From: an uncultured Mycoplasmatota bacterium | GTDB lineage: Bacteria > Bacillota_I > Bacilli_A > RF39 > UBA660 | Length of the DNA: 42,716 bases | Assembly: GCA_946494345.1 (NCBI GenBank) | Contig: CAMMBX010000003.1 | Coordinates: 1 to 42,716 of the forward strand | Direction of reading: 5' to 3' | Part shown: positions 17,518 through 26,947 of the stretch, one piece after another | Numbering within the stretch: position 1 is the stretch's first letter | Layout: every line of letters starts with the position of its first letter | Notes under the pieces: generated by a model | What the model was told of the DNA's origin: nothing | The model's database searches: none | Seen by the model: the letters and a program-made list of their open reading frames with translations, nothing else | Position numbers and translations under genes: made by a program

Positions 17518-17832
17518 ATGAATGAGTATTTAATACCTGCTAATACGAAAAATGGTACTTTGATTCTTGGACTTTTTAAGCCTTTCGACTTGGTGTTGTT
17601 AGGTACAGGAATTTTAATTTCATTGGTACTTTTGATGAGTTTTCCAATGAATGCTACTTGGCAAGTTGTAGTTGTTGTTAGTCCGGGATTGCTTTGTGCT
17701 TTTCTTGTTGTTCCTGTTCCTCATTATCATAATATTTTAACAATAATTGTAGAGGCTTATAACTTCTTTACAAATAGAAGAAGATATATTTGGAAAGGTT
17801 GGTGTGTTAAAGATGTCAAAGACGTTAAGTAG
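17518..17832 (+). CDS. VirB3/PrgI-like small membrane protein
   Basis: YLIPAN...ILGLF..., two TMs, basic end RRRYIWKG; sits before virB4. Confidence 0.65.
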   Translation: MNEYLIPANTKNGTLILGLFKPFDLVLLGTGILISLVLLMSFPMNATWQVVVVVSPGLLCAFLVVPVPHYHNILTIIVEAYNFFTNRRRYIWKGWCVKDVKDVK

Positions 17833-18361
17833 TCAATATACTGAAGATTGGCTTCCTATTACAGGTATTCAGAATGGTTATATAATTTGTGAAGGTAAAC
17901 AGAAAGTTACAGGAGTAAAAATAGTTCCTCGTAATATATTTATCCTTGATCAACAAGCTCAAGATAATGTCTTGATTAGCCTTAAAAACTTTTATAATAT
18001 GATTGATTTTGAGTTTTGGCTTGTAGTTGCTGATAGACCAGTTGATATTTCTGTTTATATGTCACAATTACAACTTTTATATAACGATTCTACATCTCCT
18101 GCAATTAGAAAAATAATACTACAAGATATTGATAAAGGTAATACTTTTATGAATAATAATATCGTAGATACTGAGTATTTTATTCTATTTAAAGATACTA
18201 GTGAAGATGTTTTACAAAAAAGAGTTCGTCTTTTAATAAATGGTCTTGCAGGATGTGGTTTAAATGCTTCACAAGTTAGTAATGATGACCTTAGAATAAT
18301 TATGGAAAACTTCTTAAATGGAGGAGTTTCTACTGAGTTTGGGACGGTGATGCCAGTATGA
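17813..18361 (+). CDS. VirB4-associated soluble protein resembling a VirB4/PrgI N-terminal-type domain
   Basis: TEDWLPITGIQNG...GVKIVPRNIFIL...EYFILF...L..CGL; overlaps both neighbours. Confidence 0.55.
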   Translation: MSKTLSSQYTEDWLPITGIQNGYIICEGKQKVTGVKIVPRNIFILDQQAQDNVLISLKNFYNMIDFEFWLVVADRPVDISVYMSQLQLLYNDSTSPAIRKIILQDIDKGNTFMNNNIVDTEYFILFKDTSEDVLQKRVRLLINGLAGCGLNASQVSNDDLRIIMENFLNGGVSTEFGTVMPV

Positions 18362-20148
18362 GTATAAGTATAAAAAGTCAATTAGCTCCTAAAGGGTTAC
18401 AATTTAATCCAAGTGATTTCTTTATTAGTGATAAGTATGCAACTATTCTTTCAGTTATTTCTTATCCACGTTATATTGCTCCCGGTTATCTTTCTACCTT
18501 AACGTCTATGAGTGGAATAAAGATTGTAATTAAACATATCCCTGTTCCTTTTGCAACTATGTCTAAGATGATTAATAAACAAGTAGCTGATTTACGTGAA
18601 AAGTATCGTCAGGAGAAGGATCAAACAATGAAAGAGAGAATTAGACAAGATGCGGAAAGTCTTGAAGCTTTTGTTTCTATGCTTGCATCAAGTCAGTCTC
18701 GTATCTTTGACTTTCAAATGCATATTATGATTAATGCTGATACTAGAGAAGATCTTGAATTAAAAAAAGTTAATGTTAAAAACTATTTGGATGCGATGGA
18801 GTTAAGGGCGATATCTTTACGTTTTGAACAAGAGAAAGTATTGAAAAGTATTTTACCAATCTTTCCTAGTCAAGATATAGAAGAGAGAATTGGTACTCCT
18901 ATTCCAACTCCTACTATTGCAGCGATGTATCCTTTTATCTTTGATAGTATTAAAGATCCAGGACTTTCTGTATTACTTGGTGTTGATTTTTCTGGAGGAG
19001 TTATACTATTTAATCAATTCTTATATCAAACTAGAAAAGAAAATAATAGAAATAATGCCAATATGATTATTTTGGGTACTTCTGGTTCTGGTAAAAGTAC
19101 GGCTGCTAAACTATTACTTAGATCACATATTAGAAATGGTTGTCAAATAATTGCAATAGACCCTGAAAATGAACTTGAAGAGATGACTAGAACCTTTGGT
19201 GGAGATATTATAGATATTGGTAAGGGTGGAGAATTTGGTATGATCAATCCCTTAGAAGTTATAATAGACGCTGATGATGAAGAGATAAGTCAAGGTTTAG
19301 GTTATACTGTTTTAACTAGAACACTTCAATCTTTAAGGGCTTTTATGAAATATTATGATCCATCTATTGAAGAAGATGTACTTAATATGTTTAGTGAGAT
19401 TGTTCAAGATACTTATAAACGTTTTGGTATAGATTTTAATACTGATTTTTCTAAATTTACTTCTGCTGACTATCCAACATTTTCTGATGTTTATGCTACA
19501 GTTAGAGGTAGACTTATGGCTTTAACTGAACAAACAAGAGAAAAAGATATTATTCAAAGATTAGAGCTTAAAATTAGGCCTTTAATTAAAGAGCTAAAAT
19601 TCTATTTTGATGGTAAGACTACTATTACTGCTGATAGTGATTTTATGGTATTTAATATTAAAGAATTTATGAATTCTGATACTAATATTAGAAATGCTTT
19701 GTTCTTTAATATCTTAAAATATGCATGGGGTCTTTGTCTTGATCCTTCTGTAAATACAATTTTAATGGTAGATGAAGCTCATGTATTACTTGGTACTAAT
19801 AATGAACAAGGAGCTGACTTCCTTGCTCAAGTACAAAGGCGTGCTCGTAAATATAATACAGGTACTATTATAATTACTCAGCAGCCAAGTGATTTTTCTA
19901 GTCCTGCTATTATTACTCAAGGTAAAGCGATATTTGATAACTCATCATATTATTTAGTTATGGGACTTAGAAAGCAAGCGGTTGAGGATTTATCATTACT
20001 TATTGATTTAAACGAAAATGAAAAAGATAGTATTAAACGTTATTCTCAAGGAGAAGCTTTGTTTGTTTGTGGAAATAGACGTATGAGAATTAATGTAGTA
20101 GTTACTCAAGAAGAATTAGAATCATTTGGAAGTGGTGGAGGATTTTAA
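18358..20148 (+). CDS. virB4: VirB4-like T4SS ATPase
   Basis: NANMIILGTSGSGKS Walker A, IIAIDPENE, INPLE, ILMVDEAH Walker B, RARKY...ITQ. Confidence 0.9.
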   Translation: MSISIKSQLAPKGLQFNPSDFFISDKYATILSVISYPRYIAPGYLSTLTSMSGIKIVIKHIPVPFATMSKMINKQVADLREKYRQEKDQTMKERIRQDAESLEAFVSMLASSQSRIFDFQMHIMINADTREDLELKKVNVKNYLDAMELRAISLRFEQEKVLKSILPIFPSQDIEERIGTPIPTPTIAAMYPFIFDSIKDPGLSVLLGVDFSGGVILFNQFLYQTRKENNRNNANMIILGTSGSGKSTAAKLLLRSHIRNGCQIIAIDPENELEEMTRTFGGDIIDIGKGGEFGMINPLEVIIDADDEEISQGLGYTVLTRTLQSLRAFMKYYDPSIEEDVLNMFSEIVQDTYKRFGIDFNTDFSKFTSADYPTFSDVYATVRGRLMALTEQTREKDIIQRLELKIRPLIKELKFYFDGKTTITADSDFMVFNIKEFMNSDTNIRNALFFNILKYAWGLCLDPSVNTILMVDEAHVLLGTNNEQGADFLAQVQRRARKYNTGTIIITQQPSDFSSPAIITQGKAIFDNSSYYLVMGLRKQAVEDLSLLIDLNENEKDSIKRYSQGEALFVCGNRRMRINVVVTQEELESFGSGGGF

Positions 20149-20188
20149 AATTAGTTAAACTTTAATTGAAGTAAGGTGGTGAAGTTAA

Positions 20189-22540
20189 GTGAATGAAGAA
20201 GTTAATGATCAAGATGAATTAATTGATGAAGAACAACAAGATGCTGCTAGGGAGAATAATGCAAAAAAACGTAAAAAAGCTTCTTCTACACCATCTTTTT
20301 TTAATAGTGTTGTTAATAATATAAATAATAGAAATGCTAATAAAGAAAATAAATATCGTAGTAGGAAGAATAATAATCCTCTAACAAATAATAATACTTC
20401 TAAAAAACAAAGTGGTAATGCTATTAATAATAAAAATAAAGCAAATATTAAAAAGAATTTAGGTGATAAGGCTCTTGAAGTAGGTTCTAATCTTCATCCT
20501 GCTTTAAAGGCTTTAAATACTGCTAATAAGATAAAAAATGGTATAGGTGCTATTAGAAGTAGAAATAGTGGTGGAAGTAATAGACCTAATGAAAGTGGTA
20601 ATGCTAGTGATGGTAATAATGATGATAATAGTAAAAGTCAAAATACTAATAATAATTTAGGAAATGTTAATGATTCTACTGATGATAATGCTACTAATAA
20701 TAGAGGGGGTATTTTAAGTTCTATATTAGGTAATAATGCAAATGGAAATGGTAGATTTTCATCATTATTCAATTTTAGTGGCTTTGGACCAATTAATATG
20801 AAAGCTATGTTAATTGGTGGTTCTATTGCTTCAGTCTTTCTTTTTATTCTTATAATAATTATTGCAGTAGGTATCATTGCATTTTTTACTCCTTTTTTCG
20901 GTTTGGATGCTCATGCTGAAGATGGTATTGCTGAAGGCTTTTCTCAAGAAGAGCAGGATTATTATGATAGACTTGATGCAGTAAAGAGTCAATATGATGA
21001 AGAAGAAAAGGAATTTTCAGAAATGGTTATTACTTCGGCCTTTACAATTATGCAGCTTAATATACCTTCTTTTACTTATCAAGATATGACTACAAATAGA
21101 ATGAGGGAGATTGCTGATTTAATGCTTAGTTCAGCTGAAAATGAAGATGGAACGATTACTTATACTGCTAAAGGCGAAGAAGAGGTTAAAGCAAGTTTGG
21201 CTACTTATTTTAAACAAGTAGATCCTACTTTAAGCAATGTGACTTGTCAGCGAATGGCTCAAGATGTTTATGATTATATTGATAATTATTATGAACTTAT
21301 TGGTAAAGAAGAAGAAACAACTGCTTCTTTATGTGACTCTAATTCATATTGGTGGCCTATTGGTAGTTTAGATACTACAAGAGAAAATGGTGTGTTATTT
21401 GCTAGTGGTACTCCAGAGTCTTCGGTTTTAACTGCTTATTTTGGAGGTAATGATAGTGTTCATAATGGTAATCATGGAGCGATAGATATTTCTACTAGTA
21501 GTGGTATTGGCGTTACTAATGTTATCGCTGCTAAGGCTGGTACTGTTGTTTATCCTACCAGCGATTTAGAAACACAATTTCCTGATAATGGTAGTCTTAG
21601 TAATACCGATGGTGGTGGTTTAGGTAATTATGTTATTATTGAACATTCTGATGGTAATTATACAGTATATGGACATATGGCTCAAGGAAGCATTACAGTT
21701 AGAGCAGGTGATACAGTTAGACAAGGACAAGTTATTGGTAAGATGGGACATTCTGGTAGGTCAACAGGTGCACATTTACATTTTGAGGTAAGATCTGGTG
21801 GTAGATCTTCAGCCAATAGAGTTGATCCTTTACAATTTGTTAGTATTGATAATCCTAGACCTGGATGTGTTGATTTTTCTTTAACGGCAACTTCTTTATC
21901 TAGACAGGAATTTATTGCTAAGATGAATGCATATTGTACTAGTAGTGGTAATAGTAACTTCTGTAATAATTTTGCTAATAAAGCGGGAGAGGTTTATGAT
22001 GTATCAGTTGATTCTTCTGTTAATCCAGAATTAGTTGTTGTTACTGCTGGTACTGAACAAGGTTGGAGAACTTGTGCTGGTCTTTATAATTTCTGGGGTA
22101 TTGGTATTCCTAATGGACGAGGTTGTAGTGCTGGTCCACAGTTAACTTCTATGGCTCAAGGAATTAGAAAGTATGCAGAGACTATTGCTAATTATAGAGA
22201 AGGTGGTAGGTATGATAAGACTATCACTAATCGTTATAATGAAAGAGAAGCGGCTGGTTGTGATCCGGCAGGACATGGACTTCCTGGTAGTTTAGCAGGT
22301 ATGCAATCCGTTTATTCTTGGGTTGGTAATTACCGTTATAGTCCTGGTAACTGGGGTCTAGGTGGATGTGTTTATTTAAACATTATTTATGGCTCTAATT
22401 ATTGTTCTACTAAATCAGTTTGTACTAGTTATTCTAATTGTCCATCGTCATCGGCTACTACTGTTTGTGAGCAAAATGATTATACAGCATGGCAATTGCA
22501 AGAAAAGTTAGAGTTAAGAAGTGCTATATTTGGTTTATAG
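20189..22540 (+). CDS. Membrane-anchored cell-wall hydrolase: M23 peptidase plus lysozyme/glucosaminidase-like domain (VirB1 analogue)
   Basis: Asn-rich N-terminal region, TM, HGAID / YGHM / HLHFEVR M23 motifs, then VNPELVV..AGTEQG...YNFWGIG. Confidence 0.8.
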   Translation: MNEEVNDQDELIDEEQQDAARENNAKKRKKASSTPSFFNSVVNNINNRNANKENKYRSRKNNNPLTNNNTSKKQSGNAINNKNKANIKKNLGDKALEVGSNLHPALKALNTANKIKNGIGAIRSRNSGGSNRPNESGNASDGNNDDNSKSQNTNNNLGNVNDSTDDNATNNRGGILSSILGNNANGNGRFSSLFNFSGFGPINMKAMLIGGSIASVFLFILIIIIAVGIIAFFTPFFGLDAHAEDGIAEGFSQEEQDYYDRLDAVKSQYDEEEKEFSEMVITSAFTIMQLNIPSFTYQDMTTNRMREIADLMLSSAENEDGTITYTAKGEEEVKASLATYFKQVDPTLSNVTCQRMAQDVYDYIDNYYELIGKEEETTASLCDSNSYWWPIGSLDTTRENGVLFASGTPESSVLTAYFGGNDSVHNGNHGAIDISTSSGIGVTNVIAAKAGTVVYPTSDLETQFPDNGSLSNTDGGGLGNYVIIEHSDGNYTVYGHMAQGSITVRAGDTVRQGQVIGKMGHSGRSTGAHLHFEVRSGGRSSANRVDPLQFVSIDNPRPGCVDFSLTATSLSRQEFIAKMNAYCTSSGNSNFCNNFANKAGEVYDVSVDSSVNPELVVVTAGTEQGWRTCAGLYNFWGIGIPNGRGCSAGPQLTSMAQGIRKYAETIANYREGGRYDKTITNRYNEREAAGCDPAGHGLPGSLAGMQSVYSWVGNYRYSPGNWGLGGCVYLNIIYGSNYCSTKSVCTSYSNCPSSSATTVCEQNDYTAWQLQEKLELRSAIFGL

Positions 22541-22552
22541 GAGGAGAATACT

Positions 22553-23086
22553 ATGAAAAAAATAGAAAAAATAGAATTGGTGATAATAGTTATTTTGGTA
22601 GTAGTGTTTGGTGGTACTCTTATTTATTCAAGGCTTTTTGTAAATAATGCCGAAGAAAATAAAATAGATAATACAGTTATTGCTTTACAGGATGAAAATA
22701 GATTCTTTACAATTGATTCAGCGATTTCTAAATATATATCTTATGTAGCTAGTGGAGATACTGCTAATATTATTAAACTGCTTGATACTAATTTTGTTTC
22801 TAATAATAATATTACTTCTAATAACCTTTTTAATTATATAGAATCTTATGATACTAATTATGTTGGTAGTACTAGAGAAGTATATCAAGTTAGTTATAAT
22901 GATAATATTTATAAATATTATGTAAAAGTTAGATTGCTTAATGAAGATTTTGTTTCTTCTACTTTTGTTAAAGATACTTATTTTGAAGTTACAATAAATG
23001 AAAATAATTTAACCTTTGCAGTTGCTCCTATTTCTTCAGTTATGTATTCTAATAAAATAGAGGAGGCTGATTCTAATAATGATTAA
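22553..23086 (+). CDS. Bitopic membrane protein, possible VirB8-like subunit
   Basis: N-terminal TM, then alpha+beta pattern compatible with an NTF2-like fold; T4SS context. Confidence 0.45.
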   Translation: MKKIEKIELVIIVILVVVFGGTLIYSRLFVNNAEENKIDNTVIALQDENRFFTIDSAISKYISYVASGDTANIIKLLDTNFVSNNNITSNNLFNYIESYDTNYVGSTREVYQVSYNDNIYKYYVKVRLLNEDFVSSTFVKDTYFEVTINENNLTFAVAPISSVMYSNKIEEADSNND

Positions 23087-23549
23087 TAAAGTAAAAGTGA
23101 TTGTACTTATAATAATGATAGGCTTGTTTCTATTTCTAATTTTTAGTAATTTTCGAAATGTTAGTGATAGTATGAGAGAATTACCTAGTGAAGAAGAATT
23201 AAATGAATTTAATTCTGTTTCTTCTAAAAATGAAGTTAATACTTATGAAGTCAAAGATATTAGTAATGAACAGTTAGCGACTATATATTATTCTGACTTT
23301 AAAAATGAAGTGGTTAATTTTCCTGATGATATTTATAGTAAAATACGTAATAAGAGTGATATAACTTCTTCTGTTTTTGAAAGCTTTAGAAATGAACTTA
23401 TTAATAATTATTATAGTAATACAGTTTCTTCTTATAATTTTAGAAATACTACTAATGGTAAAATATTAGAAGTAACAAATAATTATAATCAAAAGATAAC
23501 ATTTTATATTGATTCAGTTTTAAATTACGAAATTGAGTTAACATTGTAA
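23079..23549 (+). CDS. Bitopic membrane protein, possible VirB8-like subunit
   Basis: N-terminal TM; overlaps previous gene; T4SS context. Confidence 0.4.
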   Translation: MINKVKVIVLIIMIGLFLFLIFSNFRNVSDSMRELPSEEELNEFNSVSSKNEVNTYEVKDISNEQLATIYYSDFKNEVVNFPDDIYSKIRNKSDITSSVFESFRNELINNYYSNTVSSYNFRNTTNGKILEVTNNYNQKITFYIDSVLNYEIELTL

Positions 23550-23556
23550 AAATTTG

Positions 23557-23585
23557 TTTTCAAATTATAAAAATGTTGGTATAAT
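23557..23585 (+). promoter_or_regulatory. Putative promoter of virD4
   Basis: TTTTCA-N17-TATAAT with a TG extension. Confidence 0.55.
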
Positions 23586-23648
23586 AAGCGTAGATTTTAA
23601 ACCTTAGATTTTAAATCAGTATAATGAGTATAAATGGAGGAGATTTTC

Positions 23649-25883
23649 ATGAAGTTAAAATTTAGAGCCGATAAAGACGATGTAATGATTTTTCTTGTTT
23701 TTGCTGTCTTTTTACTTTATATTGTAGCGATAGGAATTGTTAATTTACATTCTTTTGCTACTCTAGGATATTTTAGTGGTCTTAATCCATTTCCAGCTTT
23801 TGCTCCTAAATTTTTATGGATAACTTTAATTGTTTATTTTGTAGCGTTAATAGGTATGCTTGTTAGTGTTAAGTCTTATTTCTTTGAAATGGAAAAAGGA
23901 ATAGGTTTTACTACAGAGAAAAAAGATAAAGGTTATTCTAGATGGGCTAAAGATAAAGAGATGAAAGAAGAACTAGTTATGGTTACACCTGAACAAGAGA
24001 CTAGTGAGGCAGCAGGTGTTCCTATAATATTAAAAGATCATGAAGCTTGGGTTGATAATGGTGAGTATCATACTTTAGTTATTGGTTCTACTGGTTCTGG
24101 TAAGACTCAAACTGTTATTAAGCCTACAGTTAAATTACTTGCTAAAGCAGGGGAATCTATGATTATTACTGACCCTAAAGGTGAGATTTATGAATCTACT
24201 GCTAATATGTTAAGAGATAAAGGGTATGACGTACAAATACTTAATTTCCGTGATCCACAAAATGGTAGTAGTTGGAATCCTTTATCACTTCCTTATAGAA
24301 TGTATAAGAGTGGTAATCAAGATAAAGCCATTGAGTTACTTGATGACCTTGCTTTAAATATTCTTTATGATGAGTCTAGTAATAATAGTGATCCTTTCTG
24401 GGAAAAAACATCAGCTGATTACTTTTCAGGTGTTGCTTTAGGTCTTTTTGAAGATGCTAAAGAAGATGAAATTAATATTAATAGTATTAGTTTGATGACA
24501 ACAGTAGGAGAAGAGAAGTTTGGTGGTTCTACTTATATTAAAGAATACTTTTCCTTTAAAGATCCTGCTGGGGCTGCTTCTATTAATGCTTCTAGTACGA
24601 TTAATGCACCTAATGATACTAAGGGATCAATCTTATCAGTTTTTAGACAAAAAATTAAGTTATTTGCATCACGTGAAAACTTATCAGAAATGCTTAGTCA
24701 TAGTGATATAGAACTTGCTGATATTGGTAGACGTAAGACAGCTTTATTTATAGTTGTTCAAGATGAAAAGAAGACATATCATTCATTAGTTACAATTCTT
24801 TTGAAACAATGTTATGAAACATTAATTGATGTGGCTCAAGAAAATGGGGGAGAACTTCCTATTAGAACTAACTTTTTACTTGATGAGTTTGCTAATATGC
24901 CACCACTAAAAGATGTTACAACTATGATTACGGCGGCTCGTTCTCGTAAAATTAGATTTACAATGATTATTCAAAACTATGCACAATTAAATCAAGTTTA
25001 TGGTAAAGAAAATGCAGAGACTATTAGAGGTAACTGTGGTAATTTAATATATTTGATTTCAACAGAACTTGCATCACTAGAAGAAATATCTAAGATGTGT
25101 GGTGAGGTTAAGTCTAAGTCTGAAGATAAGACTGCTTCTACACCATTAGTTACTATTTCTGATTTACAGAGAATGAAGCAGTTTGAAGTTATTATCTTAA
25201 GAATGAGAAAACAACCATTTAAGACAAAATTTACTCCTGATTATAAACTTAATTGGGGTAAAGATTATCCTAAAGCTACATATCCTGTTAGAGAGAAAAT
25301 GCCAGTTCATACTTTTGATATAAAGACTTTTGTTAAGGAAAAGAAAAAAGAAAAACTACTTGAGATGATGAATAGTGCTAATCCTAATGGTAATCCTTCT
25401 AATGGTTCGACACCAGGTTTTGTACCCCCTAATTTATTTGGAATAGGATCAGGACCTAGTAATCCAATGAATCAAACATCAAATTCTTCGCTTAGACCTC
25501 CTAGACAAGATAGACCTATTAATACTAATGATATACCAGCATTTTTAAATCCTAATTTAGAATCTAATAATCCTTCTTCTACTGCAAAGAAACCAGCTTT
25601 TGATGTTGATGAATTAGTTAAGAAGATAGATGCTAAGATTGCTGAGTTAGAAAAAGAAGAAGCGATGAATAAACAGAAACAACAACAAAAGATGGAAGCG
25701 ATGAAAGCTAAAGAGGCGAAACCAGTTACTGATGTATCTCCAGTTAAAGAAGTGGTTAATAGTCCAATACCTGAAGTTAATAAGGAAGTAAAACCTGTTA
25801 AAGAACAACCTAAAAAAGAAGTTAATTTAAGTCTTGATGATGATGACGATGATGATTTCTTTGATGATTTCTTTGATGAGTAA
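23649..25883 (+). CDS. virD4: VirD4/TraG type IV coupling protein
   Basis: Two N-terminal TMs, HTLVIGSTGSGKT, ITDPKGE, WNPL, DPFW, LLDEFAN, ARSR...IIQ; disordered tail ending DDDDDDDFFDDFFDE. ATG 23649 follows GGAGGAG. Confidence 0.92.
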   Translation: MKLKFRADKDDVMIFLVFAVFLLYIVAIGIVNLHSFATLGYFSGLNPFPAFAPKFLWITLIVYFVALIGMLVSVKSYFFEMEKGIGFTTEKKDKGYSRWAKDKEMKEELVMVTPEQETSEAAGVPIILKDHEAWVDNGEYHTLVIGSTGSGKTQTVIKPTVKLLAKAGESMIITDPKGEIYESTANMLRDKGYDVQILNFRDPQNGSSWNPLSLPYRMYKSGNQDKAIELLDDLALNILYDESSNNSDPFWEKTSADYFSGVALGLFEDAKEDEININSISLMTTVGEEKFGGSTYIKEYFSFKDPAGAASINASSTINAPNDTKGSILSVFRQKIKLFASRENLSEMLSHSDIELADIGRRKTALFIVVQDEKKTYHSLVTILLKQCYETLIDVAQENGGELPIRTNFLLDEFANMPPLKDVTTMITAARSRKIRFTMIIQNYAQLNQVYGKENAETIRGNCGNLIYLISTELASLEEISKMCGEVKSKSEDKTASTPLVTISDLQRMKQFEVIILRMRKQPFKTKFTPDYKLNWGKDYPKATYPVREKMPVHTFDIKTFVKEKKKEKLLEMMNSANPNGNPSNGSTPGFVPPNLFGIGSGPSNPMNQTSNSSLRPPRQDRPINTNDIPAFLNPNLESNNPSSTAKKPAFDVDELVKKIDAKIAELEKEEAMNKQKQQQKMEAMKAKEAKPVTDVSPVKEVVNSPIPEVNKEVKPVKEQPKKEVNLSLDDDDDDDFFDDFFDE

Positions 25884-25937
25884 AAAACTTTAAATTTTGT
25901 AATTTAAAGGTAATTTAGAATTGAAAATTAAAAATTT

Positions 25938-25972
25938 AGTGGGCGAATTTATTAAATTTGACCTGCTTTTTT
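25938..25972 (+). terminator. Rho-independent terminator after virD4
   Basis: AGTGGGCGAATTT / AAATTTGACCTGCT stem (G-U pairs, one bulge) followed by a T tract. Confidence 0.7.
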
Positions 25973-26103
25973 GTTTTAATTTGTAAAGTTCATAATTTTA
26001 CATATATTTAATTCTGTGTTATTTTAATTTTGTATTAACACGATTAGTATTTAAACAAAATTAGCGAAAGGAGATGATAGTTTAAGATATAGTATGGGAT
26101 GTA

Positions 26104-26436
26104 TTGATTATAGATATAAATCTAAGTCAAGATGTTTATTATGATTTAACAAGAAAATCGATTAATTTTGATTTAGATACTAATAAAATAAAAGAAGTAT
26201 ATCCTAAAACTTATACTAATGCTTATTATGAAATAAAGGAATATTTAGAAGATATTGGTTATAAGCATAGACAAGGTTCTGGATATATTTCTGTTCATGT
26301 TAAAACATTTGCAGAAGTAGAACAAGATATGATAGATTTAAGTAATATTTTAAATTGGTTAAAGTATTGTATTAAAAAAATAGATGTAACTAGTGTAGGC
26401 GATAGATATGATATGCTTGAAGTTATTAATGATTAA
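26104..26436 (+). CDS. vapD: VapD-family (Cas2-like) nuclease; start uncertain
   Basis: INFDLD...AY.EIK.YL...GY.HRQGSGYIS...WLK.CI..IDVT signature. Confidence 0.75.
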   Translation: MIIDINLSQDVYYDLTRKSINFDLDTNKIKEVYPKTYTNAYYEIKEYLEDIGYKHRQGSGYISVHVKTFAEVEQDMIDLSNILNWLKYCIKKIDVTSVGDRYDMLEVIND

Positions 26437-26493
26437 TAGTAACACTTGCAAATATAAGATTAAAATTTAATTATAATGAGGAGTTGATTAAAA

Positions 26494-26838
26494 ATGATGA
26501 TGGAAATTTATTTTGACGAAGAAAAGTGTAAAAGGAATAATTATGATATTAATGAAAGATATAAGATTATAGATGATTTCTTTGAAAAAAATAATGTAAA
26601 GAAAATAGATAAAGGGGTGTATCTTGGTTCTAAAGATGACTTTGTAACCTTTTCGAAGGCCAATATAAATTTACCAAGGACTAAATGGTTTAGAGATATA
26701 ATAGATAAGATGTATTGGAGAGTAGAAGGATTGTCCCCTGCTTATAGGGAGGACTGTATGGAAGCTTATTATAATTCTAGAAAGCACTTTTTAGCATTTG
26801 CTAAGAAAAAAAATATTAATGTAGAAGATATGAATTAG
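26494..26838 (+). CDS. Hypothetical protein, possible distant VapD/Cas2-like fold
   Basis: RBS GAGGAG; MEIYFDEEK...IDDFF...KGVY...L...KWF...I pattern parallels the upstream VapD. Confidence 0.45.
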   Translation: MMMEIYFDEEKCKRNNYDINERYKIIDDFFEKNNVKKIDKGVYLGSKDDFVTFSKANINLPRTKWFRDIIDKMYWRVEGLSPAYREDCMEAYYNSRKHFLAFAKKKNINVEDMN

Positions 26839-26918
26839 ATATTTTGATGAAGAGGAATGTAGAGATTTAATTATCTTAAATTTCTCTTTTATTAATTTTA
26901 AAAAAATTAAAAAAATAG

Positions 26919-26947
26919 TTGACAAATTATTCTCTTATTAATATAAT
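26919..26947 (+). promoter_or_regulatory. Consensus sigma-A promoter of the NAD operon
   Basis: TTGACA-N17-TATAAT with A-rich upstream element. Confidence 0.85.

Noticed and set aside
13268-25883. Ordinary ICE/conjugative plasmid
   Set aside because: No relaxase, integrase, Rep, att repeats or compositional break visible. It cannot be fully excluded, since such genes could lie beyond the left edge.
26104-26436. CRISPR-Cas (Cas2-like protein)
   Set aside because: No cas1, no other cas gene and no repeat-spacer array; the VapD signature fits better.
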